Shown: piece after piece, positions 55,017 to 64,000 of the stretch
How positions within the stretch are numbered: position 1 is the first letter of the stretch
Layout of the letters: each line of letters begins with the position of its first letter
DNA from: an uncultured Bacillales bacterium
GTDB taxonomy: Bacteria; Bacillota_I; Bacilli_A; RFN20; CAG-826
Length of the DNA stretch: 64,000 bases
NCBI GenBank assembly: GCA_937873795.1
Contig: CALMWE010000268.1
Location: 32 to 64,031 of the forward strand
Direction of reading: 5' to 3'
Made by a program: the position numbers and the translations under genes
Notes under the pieces: generated by a model
Databases searched by the model: none
The model's input: only the letters and a program-made list of their open reading frames with translations
Told to the model about the DNA's origin: nothing

Positions 55017-57368
55017 ATGAACATGGAAGAAATGCTTCAAGCGGATATTCTTCTTGCGCCACGCTCCTGGCACGATTTTTTTCTTTTGCAACGAAACAAA
55101 AACCCTTTTTTGAAATTCAAATTAATGACCAAAGAAGATTTTCTAAAAGGTTTCTTCTTTGAATATTCCGATGAGGCCCTTCTTGATTTGATGGTTCATC
55201 ACGATGTTTCCTTTGAACTAGCAAAAACATTTTTGGATAACCTTTACTTTTTGCCTCAGACGTTTGCTGAAGATGCCCAAATCCAAAATCTTCAGATGAT
55301 AAAAAATGAGTTGGAAGAAAAAAAGCTTTTAAAACATGATGATTTGTTTCTGCCCTTGCTGAAAAACAAGAAAATCACCGTGTTTGGTTATGATGAAAAG
55401 GATGGAGAACTTCTTTCAATCCTCAAAAAGGTATCCGGAAGTTTTTCCTTTGGCCATCTTCCGTCATTAAACAAGACCTACCACCTTCAAGCCCATCAAT
55501 TCGAGACCATCGAAGACGAATTACAATGGGTCTTCAACCAAATCTCCAATCTTGTTTCATCTGGAGTGTCAGTGGATGATATCTTTTTATTTGACCCTCC
55601 CTCGGAATACACTTTTTTGTTGAAAAAAATGAGCGCGTTCTATGGAATACCTCTTAATATGCCAAGCCATTTGACCCTTGCTTCGTCAAAACCCGGTATT
55701 GATTTTTTGGCTTCATTGCTGCAAGGTCAATCACCCGAGGAAGCGTTATCCTCTTTATCAATCGACAGCCAAGATTCCATTGAAAGACAACTCGTTGATG
55801 AGGTCACAAGACTTCTTCCACTCAATCTTTCCTCCCAAAAGTATCACGACTTTTTTCTCAACAAGTTACGGGCAACTTCGCTGACGGAGCCTAAATTCGA
55901 CCACGCGGTCAGTATCTTGAAGGGTAATTTCATTCCCGAAAACAGTCACATTTTCCTTTTAGGATTCAACGAAGGCAATTTCCCGAAAGTCCATAAAAAC
56001 GTGGATTATTTGGATGACTCCAAGAAACGTTGGCTGGGCCGTAATGACTCAGATTTCGAAAACCAAAAAGATGAAAAGGCATTATTGAGTTTACTGGACG
56101 GAACGCATGCGGTGACCGTGTCTTTCAAAAACCAATCTTTAACCGATACCTTCAAACCTTCGCCGATGATATCGAGGCTCAATATGCCGATCTTGGCAAA
56201 TCCCATTTCGGTGGTCGAATACGGCAAAGAATGGGCAAAAATCCGGCTGGCAGAATATATGGATGGGGAACGGAAATATCAGAACAGAAATCCGCTTCAA
56301 ACCTCATTATCCGAACAAATCTCAATTCCTTTTCGCCAATACGACCATGGTTTTACCGGGGTAAATGCTGTTAACCCTGAATCCATGGGGCGATATTCCT
56401 ATACCAGTATCAGCGAGTTTTTTGAGTGTCAATTCAAGTATTACCTCAGTCGTGTTTTAAACATTGATCCGTTTGAAGATACTTTTTACACCAAATTCGG
56501 AAAGCTGGCCCACGCCGTTTTAGAAAGAAAGTACATGGATGCTTTTGATTTTGACACGGCCTTTGAGGAAGAAATTCAAGCTCAAGAATTTTCCACAAAA
56601 GAAAAGGTCTTTTTAAGTCGGCTCAAAACCGAGATTTTCAATGTGATCCAGTTTAATGAGGATCATGAAACAGCCATGGACAGCAAAGAGATTCTCACAG
56701 AGAAAAAGGTCGAACTTGTCCTTGATCCCAAAATCACGCTTGTCGGTGTTATCGATAAGGTCGTATTAACCGGGAAAACAACCCGTTATATCAGCCTCGT
56801 GGATTATAAAACCGGCACAGTCGATTTTAACCCCAATCATATCCGCTTTGGTTATTCCTTGCAGCTACCGATATATGCCTTGCTTGCCTCAAGAGACTCT
56901 TATCTTTCGAATCATGAACTCATCGGTTTATACATTCAAACCATCATCACTAAAAAACTCATTCGTCCTTCCGGAAAAGACGCTCAAAAATTCTATTCTG
57001 ATCAATTCCGCTTGAGTGGTCTTTTTACCGATGACTTTGAGAAGCTCCAAACTTTCGATATTACATTCCGGGACTCAAGATTCGTCAAGTCTCTGAAAGT
57101 TACGAACAGCGGAAATCTTGCGGTCTTTTCTCAAAAGAGGGCATTTTCGCAGGAGGTCCTTGCCCGTTATATTGAAACGACGATTCAAAAAATTAAAGAA
57201 GCAGATACTGCGATAAAAGCCAATGATTTCAGGATTAATCCAAAATCGCTCGATAACGGCGAATTACCTTGCCGTTATTGCACCTATCGCGATATTTGTT
57301 TCCGGGACGAAAAGGATATTGTGAATATCAATACAAAGGAGAACAACGATGGCGAGATGGACGCTTGA
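55017..57368 (+). CDS. addB: AddB-type helicase-nuclease subunit B (compact, Fe-S cluster type)
   Basis: 783 aa. PD-(D/E)XK motif ISLVDYKTG, a Cys at FECQFKYY and C-x2-C-x5-C (CRYCTYRDIC, nt 57270-57299). No GxGKT motif in the N-terminus. Overlaps addA by 20 nt. Confidence 0.8.
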   Translation: MNMEEMLQADILLAPRSWHDFFLLQRNKNPFLKFKLMTKEDFLKGFFFEYSDEALLDLMVHHDVSFELAKTFLDNLYFLPQTFAEDAQIQNLQMIKNELEEKKLLKHDDLFLPLLKNKKITVFGYDEKDGELLSILKKVSGSFSFGHLPSLNKTYHLQAHQFETIEDELQWVFNQISNLVSSGVSVDDIFLFDPPSEYTFLLKKMSAFYGIPLNMPSHLTLASSKPGIDFLASLLQGQSPEEALSSLSIDSQDSIERQLVDEVTRLLPLNLSSQKYHDFFLNKLRATSLTEPKFDHAVSILKGNFIPENSHIFLLGFNEGNFPKVHKNVDYLDDSKKRWLGRNDSDFENQKDEKALLSLLDGTHAVTVSFKNQSLTDTFKPSPMISRLNMPILANPISVVEYGKEWAKIRLAEYMDGERKYQNRNPLQTSLSEQISIPFRQYDHGFTGVNAVNPESMGRYSYTSISEFFECQFKYYLSRVLNIDPFEDTFYTKFGKLAHAVLERKYMDAFDFDTAFEEEIQAQEFSTKEKVFLSRLKTEIFNVIQFNEDHETAMDSKEILTEKKVELVLDPKITLVGVIDKVVLTGKTTRYISLVDYKTGTVDFNPNHIRFGYSLQLPIYALLASRDSYLSNHELIGLYIQTIITKKLIRPSGKDAQKFYSDQFRLSGLFTDDFEKLQTFDITFRDSRFVKSLKVTNSGNLAVFSQKRAFSQEVLARYIETTIQKIKEADTAIKANDFRINPKSLDNGELPCRYCTYRDICFRDEKDIVNINTKENNDGEMDA

Positions 57369-60300
57369 ACAACAAAAAGCCATCGATGTCAGAGGCCATA
57401 ATATCATCGTCAGCGCAGGCGCCGGCAGTGGCAAAACGGCTGTTTTGACCGAACGGGTTTTCCAAATTTTAAAGCAAGGGGCTTCTCTGGATGAGATTCT
57501 TGTTTTGACATTCACCAACGCCGCGGCTTCCGAAATGAGAGCCCGCATTCGCAGCAAACTGCGAAATGAACCAAGCCTAGAGAACCTTGCATCCAAAATC
57601 GACGCCAGTGATATTTGCACATTCGACGCTTATGCGTTGTCGTTGGTTAAAAAGTATCATTATGTGCTTGGAGTCAGCGCCAATGTCAGCATCATCGATG
57701 AGAACATCGTTAAAATTAAGAAACGGAAACTGCTCAATTCAATTTTTGATAGTCTCTATGAGCAAAAGAACGAACCTTTCTTGACCTTCATCAATAAATA
57801 CGCGCTTCGCTCGGATGACGACCTTCAAGATTTTGTTCTCCGAATTGATGAAATGATCAATCTAAAAATTGATAAAAAAGGTTATCTTAAGAACTACCTT
57901 TCCGAGTATTATTCAATTTCAAGAATTCAACACGATTTAGAAGAGTTCCGTCAACATATCCGTTCGATTGCAATCACCACACAGCGGGGAGCTTTGGAAT
58001 ACGAAAATCCTAAAATGAGCGACAGTGTTTGCAAAGCGCTTGAGCCCATCATTACGGCTCCGGATTATGACACATTTAATGAGGCCCTCTCACTGTTTAA
58101 ATTCCCGTCGCGCAACAAGCTCTCTGAAGAAGATTCCTTGCTTCACGAATCGCTTAGTTCGGCCTGTGATAAATTCACGAGCTATGCCGCTATTGGAAAG
58201 AGCTCTGACGTCATTTCACGATATCAAGCTACCCAAGAAACCGTGGCGCTTTTGCTAGAAATAATTGAAAAACTGAATGAAAAGCTCGACCGTTTTAAAA
58301 AGACCTATGAGGTTTATACTTTCTCTGACATCGCGAAGATGGCTTTGATGTTAGTCAAAAATACCGAAGTGGGTAAAACTCTTCAAAAGAAACTCAAGTT
58401 CATCATGATTGACGAATATCAAGACACCTCGGACATTCAGGAAGAATTCGTTTCAAACATCGGTAATGAAAATGTTTATATGGTCGGAGATATCAAGCAA
58501 TCGATTTATCGATTCCGGAATGCCAACAGCGAAATTTTCGCTAACAAGTATTCCCAATATAAAAAAGGCCTTGGCGGTGAAGCCATTGATTTAAATAAAA
58601 ACTTCCGTAGCCGGTCAGAAGTCATTCAAGATATCAACACTCTGTTTTCGGATATCATGTCAGCCGATTTCGGTGGTGCCGATTACCGCCGTGAACACCT
58701 CATTGAGGTAGGAAACATAGCTTACGACCAATTAGGGGCAAACTCCGAAAATCACCATCTTGAAGTTTTGCGGTATGAAAAAAAGGACCCGGGTGAAAAA
58801 ATGGAAATCGAAGCCGCTCTAATCGCCGAGGATATTTTGTCTAAGATCCAAAAGGGCTATTCGGTTTTCGATAAAGACAAGAATCTGCCAGGTCAAGCGG
58901 AGTTCAAAGACTTTGCCATTTTAATCGACCGAAAAACAAAATTCGAAATATTCCAAAAAGTCTTTTCGGAGTATGGCATTCCCCTAAAAGTTGAGAAAGA
59001 TGCCGACCTTTCCGATTCCGATGTCATTTTGGCTTTCCAAAATCTCGTCCGTTTGTTCTTCTTAACCTCGCAAAACCTTTTCGATGAGACATTTAGGCAC
59101 TCTTTCATGAGTATCGCTCGCAGTTTCCTTTTCCGTTTGCCCGACCAAATGATTTTGGATATTTTGAAATCGAAACAATACGAACAAAACGAAATCATAG
59201 TCAAAATGCGAAAAATTACAGAAGCGAGAAAATCGTATCCTCTGAGTGAAATTCTTTCCTCTCTCGTGGACGAATTCGCCTTTTTCGAAAAAACCGTCGA
59301 AGTTGGAAATGTTGCGGAAAATCGCCATAAGATTCAAGGGCTGATCGAGTTATCCTTGTCACTCGAAAAGATCGGATATGGAATCAAGGAGTTCGTGGAT
59401 TACTTTGATGACCTTTCCACCTACGAGATTACGCTTGCGGTTCCCAATCAAGAAGTGGTTGAAAACTGCGTGCGTTTGATGAGCATTCATAAATCTAAAG
59501 GATTGGAATTTCCCATCATCTATTACGCAGGCCTTGGTAGTCGTTTTAATGATCAAAACATGAAGAGCAGTTTCTTGGCGGATTCTCGTTACGGAATCGT
59601 TCTTCCGATTATTGACGAAATGGAAGCCAGCAACCTCTATCATTACCTCATCAAAATCAATGAGCGGAAAGCGGAACTCAGTGAACAAATCCGTTTGTTC
59701 TATGTGGCGTTGACCCGTGCCAAAGAAAAAATGATTTGTCTGTACCAAATTCCACAAAAAGAAAAGGTCCCGCTTCTTTCAGTCGATGGGGCGAACTCTT
59801 TTTCGGACTTCATTCGGTTTGTCGAGGCAGAACAAAAGTATGGAAAAAATGTCGAACTGACCGGAATCAAGACCAAGTTTTCAAAAGAAAATATTAAGGA
59901 TTTGCACGTAATTTTAAAAGAAAATTCCATCCCAGCGATGGTTATCACTTCGAAACGGGCTAGTAAAACATCCTCCGAAAAAGTGGATCAAAAACTACTT
60001 GATTTCGGTACCCGTATTCACGCTTTGCTTGAAATTGTGGATTTCAAAAAATCGGATTTGAGTTTCATTACGGATGTCCGTGAAAAAGCACTGATTGAGA
60101 AAGCCCTAAAAGCGTCCATTTTTCAATCACTGGATGGTGCTGAAATTTTCAAAGAATATCAATTTATTGACACCGATAATCATGTTAACGGAATCATCGA
60201 CTTGCTTCTCGTTTTTAAAGAACATTGTTTGATTGTTGACTATAAGCTTAAAAACTTGGATGATGAAGCATATCGTCAACAATTGACGGTCTACCAACGT

Positions 60301-60387
60301 TTCGTTGAACAATCGTTCAAACGAAACACTGAATGTTTCTTATTATCGGTTCTCACCGGAGAGGTTAAAAAGGTTAATACACTATGA
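57349..60387 (+). CDS. addA: AddA-type ATP-dependent helicase/nuclease subunit A (UvrD/Rep superfamily 1)
   Basis: 1,012 aa. Helicase motifs AGAGSGKT, IDEYQDT, VGDIKQSIYRFRNA, SIHKSKGLEFP and LFYVALTRAKEKM. C-terminal nuclease motif GIIDLLLVFKEHCLIVDYKL. Confidence 0.9.
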   Translation: MARWTLEQQKAIDVRGHNIIVSAGAGSGKTAVLTERVFQILKQGASLDEILVLTFTNAAASEMRARIRSKLRNEPSLENLASKIDASDICTFDAYALSLVKKYHYVLGVSANVSIIDENIVKIKKRKLLNSIFDSLYEQKNEPFLTFINKYALRSDDDLQDFVLRIDEMINLKIDKKGYLKNYLSEYYSISRIQHDLEEFRQHIRSIAITTQRGALEYENPKMSDSVCKALEPIITAPDYDTFNEALSLFKFPSRNKLSEEDSLLHESLSSACDKFTSYAAIGKSSDVISRYQATQETVALLLEIIEKLNEKLDRFKKTYEVYTFSDIAKMALMLVKNTEVGKTLQKKLKFIMIDEYQDTSDIQEEFVSNIGNENVYMVGDIKQSIYRFRNANSEIFANKYSQYKKGLGGEAIDLNKNFRSRSEVIQDINTLFSDIMSADFGGADYRREHLIEVGNIAYDQLGANSENHHLEVLRYEKKDPGEKMEIEAALIAEDILSKIQKGYSVFDKDKNLPGQAEFKDFAILIDRKTKFEIFQKVFSEYGIPLKVEKDADLSDSDVILAFQNLVRLFFLTSQNLFDETFRHSFMSIARSFLFRLPDQMILDILKSKQYEQNEIIVKMRKITEARKSYPLSEILSSLVDEFAFFEKTVEVGNVAENRHKIQGLIELSLSLEKIGYGIKEFVDYFDDLSTYEITLAVPNQEVVENCVRLMSIHKSKGLEFPIIYYAGLGSRFNDQNMKSSFLADSRYGIVLPIIDEMEASNLYHYLIKINERKAELSEQIRLFYVALTRAKEKMICLYQIPQKEKVPLLSVDGANSFSDFIRFVEAEQKYGKNVELTGIKTKFSKENIKDLHVILKENSIPAMVITSKRASKTSSEKVDQKLLDFGTRIHALLEIVDFKKSDLSFITDVREKALIEKALKASIFQSLDGAEIFKEYQFIDTDNHVNGIIDLLLVFKEHCLIVDYKLKNLDDEAYRQQLTVYQRFVEQSFKRNTECFLLSVLTGEVKKVNTL

Positions 60388-61043
60388 ATGTTTTCTTACA
60401 AAACTTGATGGATTTATTCAGCGATGAAGATCCGATTATCTATAAAGCAGTTCGACAAAAAAAGGATTGGCTTTTTGTTCCGCTTTTCCTTCGTGGTGAT
60501 ATAAACCAAGTGGCCGATAGCCAAGGGTTAATTCATTATCGGAAAATCGAAGCATTGGTGGACGATGTTCTTCCCTTTGAAAAAGCAGTGCTTCCCGAAG
60601 AACTATCCTTGTCCTCTGATAAAGAAGCCGAAATAAAATCTGCTTACGAGGCCTATCGAGTCCTGCGGCTTGAAACCGATCCCAAGATGCTCTCCGATGC
60701 ACCTTTCTTTGTAGAGTATGACTTTACAAAAATCGACCAAAGAGGTTATCATGCGTTACTTGCCAATTTCTTCCCCTGTCTTTCCATTGAAGAATTGGAT
60801 ATCAAAGCAAACGATGATTTTTCAAAAGTAGTGAATCAACTCAAACCACTGATGGTGGGCCCACATGGACAATGTGTCTTGATTCTGGAAAACCACCTTC
60901 TGATTCAAGACTCGTTTTATGCCCCCGTTTTACGAAAAATCCATGCAAATCCGTCTTCTTCTTTGGAACTTAGAGAGGAACTTCGGCAAATTTGCAAAGA
61001 AAAAGGTATCATATATACGGAGGAACCGACATGCAAGAAGTAA
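60384..61043 (+). CDS. hypothetical protein (219 aa), translationally coupled to addA
   Basis: Its ATG overlaps the addA TGA (ATGA at 60384-60387). No TM helix, P-loop or nuclease motif recognised. Confidence 0.6.
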   Translation: MNVFLQNLMDLFSDEDPIIYKAVRQKKDWLFVPLFLRGDINQVADSQGLIHYRKIEALVDDVLPFEKAVLPEELSLSSDKEAEIKSAYEAYRVLRLETDPKMLSDAPFFVEYDFTKIDQRGYHALLANFFPCLSIEELDIKANDDFSKVVNQLKPLMVGPHGQCVLILENHLLIQDSFYAPVLRKIHANPSSSLELREELRQICKEKGIIYTEEPTCKK

Positions 61044-62206
61044 AACCGTTTGATTCCCAACGTTTTTTTAAAGTCCTTGACGCCTTGAAAGTTCCGGAAA
61101 TTTTAAGTCGGGATTTTCTTTTCGAAATCTATGATACTGTGGTGGAAGGCTTGAATGAATTCGGGAAAACCAACTTGCTTAGTTCCTTCTCAACCGTGAA
61201 TACGCTTTCGGTTATCAGCTATTTGATTAACGAACATTTCTATGGAATGGTCGGTCTTAGCAAAGAAGATATCACCCGTTTCGAAAACGATGAAAAATAT
61301 AAAACCAAGTTAGCCAGCATTGTCATGGACAAATATTTGACCAATGAGCATTTGGAGTACAAAGAAGTTTCTCCTAATTCACGTTTTTATCCGCCTATTT
61401 CTACCATGAAGCTTTATTTGAATTTTATCTTAGGAATGCTGACCCGTTTTAAGAAAAATAATCCTTATGAAACTCTCATTGTCGACATGTTGAATAAAGC
61501 TTTTTCGATGGGAAATTGCATCACTGATTTACTGATCAATGGCTTTGAAACTGAAGCTTTTTCGACATGGCGAACGCTTCATGAAACCGAATGTATGACC
61601 GCCATCCTATTTAAATATGGCAAACCGGTTGTTGAACGTTATCTTCGCCACATGACTTATGCCATTGCTTTCCGAAACGGTATCGGCAGCAAAGAAAAGC
61701 AAGACGAAATCTTTGTGGAAATCAAGGCCAACATGCGTGCGTTGGATCTTAAAAGCAAAGACATGAAACGTTATATCGAATACGGCTGGTTGATGGCCGT
61801 TCCAAATATTGAGCAAGTTGAAAACTTTAAGCTCAATTTCCGTGACGGTGTTGAACGTGTGGCCGAACTAAGTCAATACAGTTCAACCTATGAGATGAGC
61901 AGCGAGATTGCACACAGTTCTCCGTTGTTAATCTATTCACGGAAAACCTTCTTTAATGACCTGACGTTGGTCAATCTCTATGAATCGTTCTTCCGCCTTG
62001 AAAAGATCTTCTTCACAGTCTACACAAGTTCAATCTCCGAAGATGAACAACAAAAATACGCCGCCATGCGGAATGTCTATTATGCCCAAATGGCAGCAAT
62101 TCATCAACGGGAAAAAGGCAGGTTCATCCTAGCAGCCAAAAAACGGGGTTCGAAAGTTGAAAACCCCGGCAAAACCGACTCAGAAACAAAAGAAGCGGAC
62201 GATTAA
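61031..62206 (+). CDS. hypothetical helical protein (391 aa), last gene of the addBA operon
   Basis: GGAGG lies 7 nt before the ATG at 61031, which overlaps the upstream ORF by 13 nt. The protein is helical and K/E-rich with an acidic/basic C-terminal tail. I could not assign a family with confidence. Confidence 0.6.
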   Translation: MQEVKPFDSQRFFKVLDALKVPEILSRDFLFEIYDTVVEGLNEFGKTNLLSSFSTVNTLSVISYLINEHFYGMVGLSKEDITRFENDEKYKTKLASIVMDKYLTNEHLEYKEVSPNSRFYPPISTMKLYLNFILGMLTRFKKNNPYETLIVDMLNKAFSMGNCITDLLINGFETEAFSTWRTLHETECMTAILFKYGKPVVERYLRHMTYAIAFRNGIGSKEKQDEIFVEIKANMRALDLKSKDMKRYIEYGWLMAVPNIEQVENFKLNFRDGVERVAELSQYSSTYEMSSEIAHSSPLLIYSRKTFFNDLTLVNLYESFFRLEKIFFTVYTSSISEDEQQKYAAMRNVYYAQMAAIHQREKGRFILAAKKRGSKVENPGKTDSETKEADD

Positions 62207-62221
62207 TCCGCTTCTTTTTTT
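62189..62221. terminator. bidirectional terminator between the addBA operon and the convergent kinase gene
   Basis: AGAAGCGGA-CGATTAA-TCCGCTTCT stem followed by T7. The stop codon of the 391-aa ORF lies in the loop. Confidence 0.85.
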
Positions 62222-63863
62222 ATACGTCTTGGTAGCAAGAATCGCCGATGAATTCGCGAATGAGTGAGTTGTTGGGTACCCATTTGTCTTCCATGTCGAC
62301 GAAGTATTTCAACATTCTCACGAGACGCTCGGCAACAGGGTAAGCCGGAGATTCCGGTTCAATCTTGCATAAGAGCGGCATCGCATATTTCTTCATGATG
62401 CAAAGTTCGTAAGAGAGTAGTGAGTTAAACACATAGTCGGCGCCTTCTTGGGTTCCGTAAATCCAAGTGAATTCGCCTTTGCGGACGCTGGGCCACATGC
62501 CGATGGTTTCCGAAGCGGAAGCGTTCCGGAATTTCTTGTCACGGACGATGCGACGGAGAAGCCGTAAGTCGGTGAGGGAAATCGGGTTGTGGTTGTCCAA
62601 GTTGATTTGTGCTTGAGGAGAAATGTAAATCTTGAATTTTTGGTGCTTCGGAATGAGAGTGGTCAGTTGGTCATTCAGAGCGTGAATGCCTTCGATGATG
62701 ATGATCGTGTTGTTATCGATCTTCAAGATTCTGCCTGGGATGCGCTTTCCAGAGACAAAGTCGAACTTCGGAAGTTGAACTTCGCTGCCTTGAATCAAAT
62801 CGAGCATGTTTTGGTTGAAGGTGGCGATATCTAAGGCTTGAATCGACTCAAGGTCGGGTTGACCGTTTTCATCTTTAGGTGCTTGACCACGGGGCAAGTA
62901 GTAGTCATCGATCGAAATCCGAATCGGACGGATTCCACGGGATAAAAGTTCAATACGGAGACGGTTGGCGAAGGTTGTTTTACCTGAACTGGAAGGTCCG
63001 GCAATACAAACAAGACGGACATTGTCGATATCCTTTTCAATTTCTTCGCCTAATTCGCACAGCATGCGGTTGTGACGGGCTTCGCACATGTTAATGAATT
63101 CGATACTGCCTTGCGTGTCAATGTGTTCATTGATGCCGGCGACTGAATCCAAACCGGTGATTTTGGCCCAAGAGTGCGATTCCTTAAGGGTCTTTCCGAA
63201 AATCGGAGCGTCTTCAAAGGGAGGAATCTCACCATGGCATTCCGAACGCGGGTATTGAATGATGATGCCGGGCAAATAAAGCCGTAAACGCCAGGATTTC
63301 AAATAGCCGGTGCTGGGAACCATGTGGCCATACATATAGTTCAAATAGCCATCGCATTCGTATAAATGGACCGTCTTTTCGGGACGATACTTCAAGATTT
63401 CTAGTTTATCGTGGAATCCTCTTTCGGAATAAAGTTTGGAGGCTTCTTCGTTAGTCACGATGGTGCGGTTAAAAGGAATGTCGCGTTGAATCAATTTTTC
63501 CATTTCAACACGGATTGCTTCGACCATTTTGGTGTCCGCATGGACGCCTTCAGTCAAAATTTGCACGAAAATGGAACGCGAAACGTTGTAACAAAGACGA
63601 ACTTCGATTTGCGGATAGACGCGTTCAAAAGCCATCGCCACCAAATAACGGAGCGATGTTTCATAGGTGCGAATGGCATCTTGGTCTTTGACGGTCAGAA
63701 ATTCGATTTCCGAATCGTAATAGACTTCATACGTCAACTCGCGGATGCGGTTGTTGACCTTGGCGCAAACAAGGTCTTTATTCTCACTGCCTACCAGCGA
63801 AAGCAGGCTGACTTTTTTGGAATGTTCGGTGACTTTTCCATTGTACTTGATCGTAAACTTCAT
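62220..63863 (-). CDS. uridine-kinase/phosphoribulokinase-family P-loop kinase with N-terminal TGS/ThrRS-like domains
   Basis: 547 aa. The N-terminus resembles ThrRS-type additional domains. The Walker A IAGPSSSGKTTFANRL is followed by a uridine-kinase-like core (IIIIEGIHALN). Confidence 0.7.
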   Translation of the reverse strand: MKFTIKYNGKVTEHSKKVSLLSLVGSENKDLVCAKVNNRIRELTYEVYYDSEIEFLTVKDQDAIRTYETSLRYLVAMAFERVYPQIEVRLCYNVSRSIFVQILTEGVHADTKMVEAIRVEMEKLIQRDIPFNRTIVTNEEASKLYSERGFHDKLEILKYRPEKTVHLYECDGYLNYMYGHMVPSTGYLKSWRLRLYLPGIIIQYPRSECHGEIPPFEDAPIFGKTLKESHSWAKITGLDSVAGINEHIDTQGSIEFINMCEARHNRMLCELGEEIEKDIDNVRLVCIAGPSSSGKTTFANRLRIELLSRGIRPIRISIDDYYLPRGQAPKDENGQPDLESIQALDIATFNQNMLDLIQGSEVQLPKFDFVSGKRIPGRILKIDNNTIIIIEGIHALNDQLTTLIPKHQKFKIYISPQAQINLDNHNPISLTDLRLLRRIVRDKKFRNASASETIGMWPSVRKGEFTWIYGTQEGADYVFNSLLSYELCIMKKYAMPLLCKIEPESPAYPVAERLVRMLKYFVDMEDKWVPNNSLIREFIGDSCYQDV

Positions 63864-64000
63864 ATGAACCTCCTGAATCCTTTAAACGGACACTCTATTG
63901 TATATGTCGAACTAAGAAAATGCAAGCGGTTACAAAGACGTTCTTATAGAACGCCTTTATGTGGCTTTTTCGGCTTAACAAAGGTAAGAATAAACGGAGT

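Overview
This is a 64-kb chromosomal segment with about 64 protein-coding genes and 4 tRNA genes. I saw no rRNA, CRISPR array, transposase, integrase or phage gene. All calls come from reading the ORF translations and the DNA by eye; no searches were run.

Lineage (inference only): RNase J, AddAB, YlbF, YitT/DUF2179, CIRCE operators, GGAGG-type RBSs and TGA used as a stop codon point to a low-GC Gram-positive lineage, Bacillota or Acholeplasma/Erysipelotrichia-like.

Most of the window is housekeeping:
- maf, rnj, def, rsmD, coaD, pgeF, proS, eno, rdgB, trxA, glpK, and mrp plus a PepP-like aminopeptidase
- an amino-acid ABC transporter
- a CoA-disulfide reductase-rhodanese fusion
- a GT4 glycosyltransferase
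- a hexuronate/KDG module (eda-kdgK-kduI-kduD)
- a TetR-headed flavoprotein operon
- a compact addB-addA operon

Most unusual items:
1. A 1,962-aa acidic protein with a CvpA-like membrane anchor, built from divergent modules of about 200 aa, with no domain I recognise.
2. Two unknown genes translationally coupled to addBA, in an AT-richer block.
3. An ADPS-like (HHH-loop) flavoenzyme co-operonic with a BON-GlpA-like dehydrogenase trio.
4. A circularly permuted amino-acid-binding lipoprotein.
5. A doubly degenerate GGDEF-EAL membrane protein.
6. A deletion scar fusing an ABC-ATPase 5' stub to a GH28 3' fragment.
7. A twin-CIRCE promoter on hsp20.
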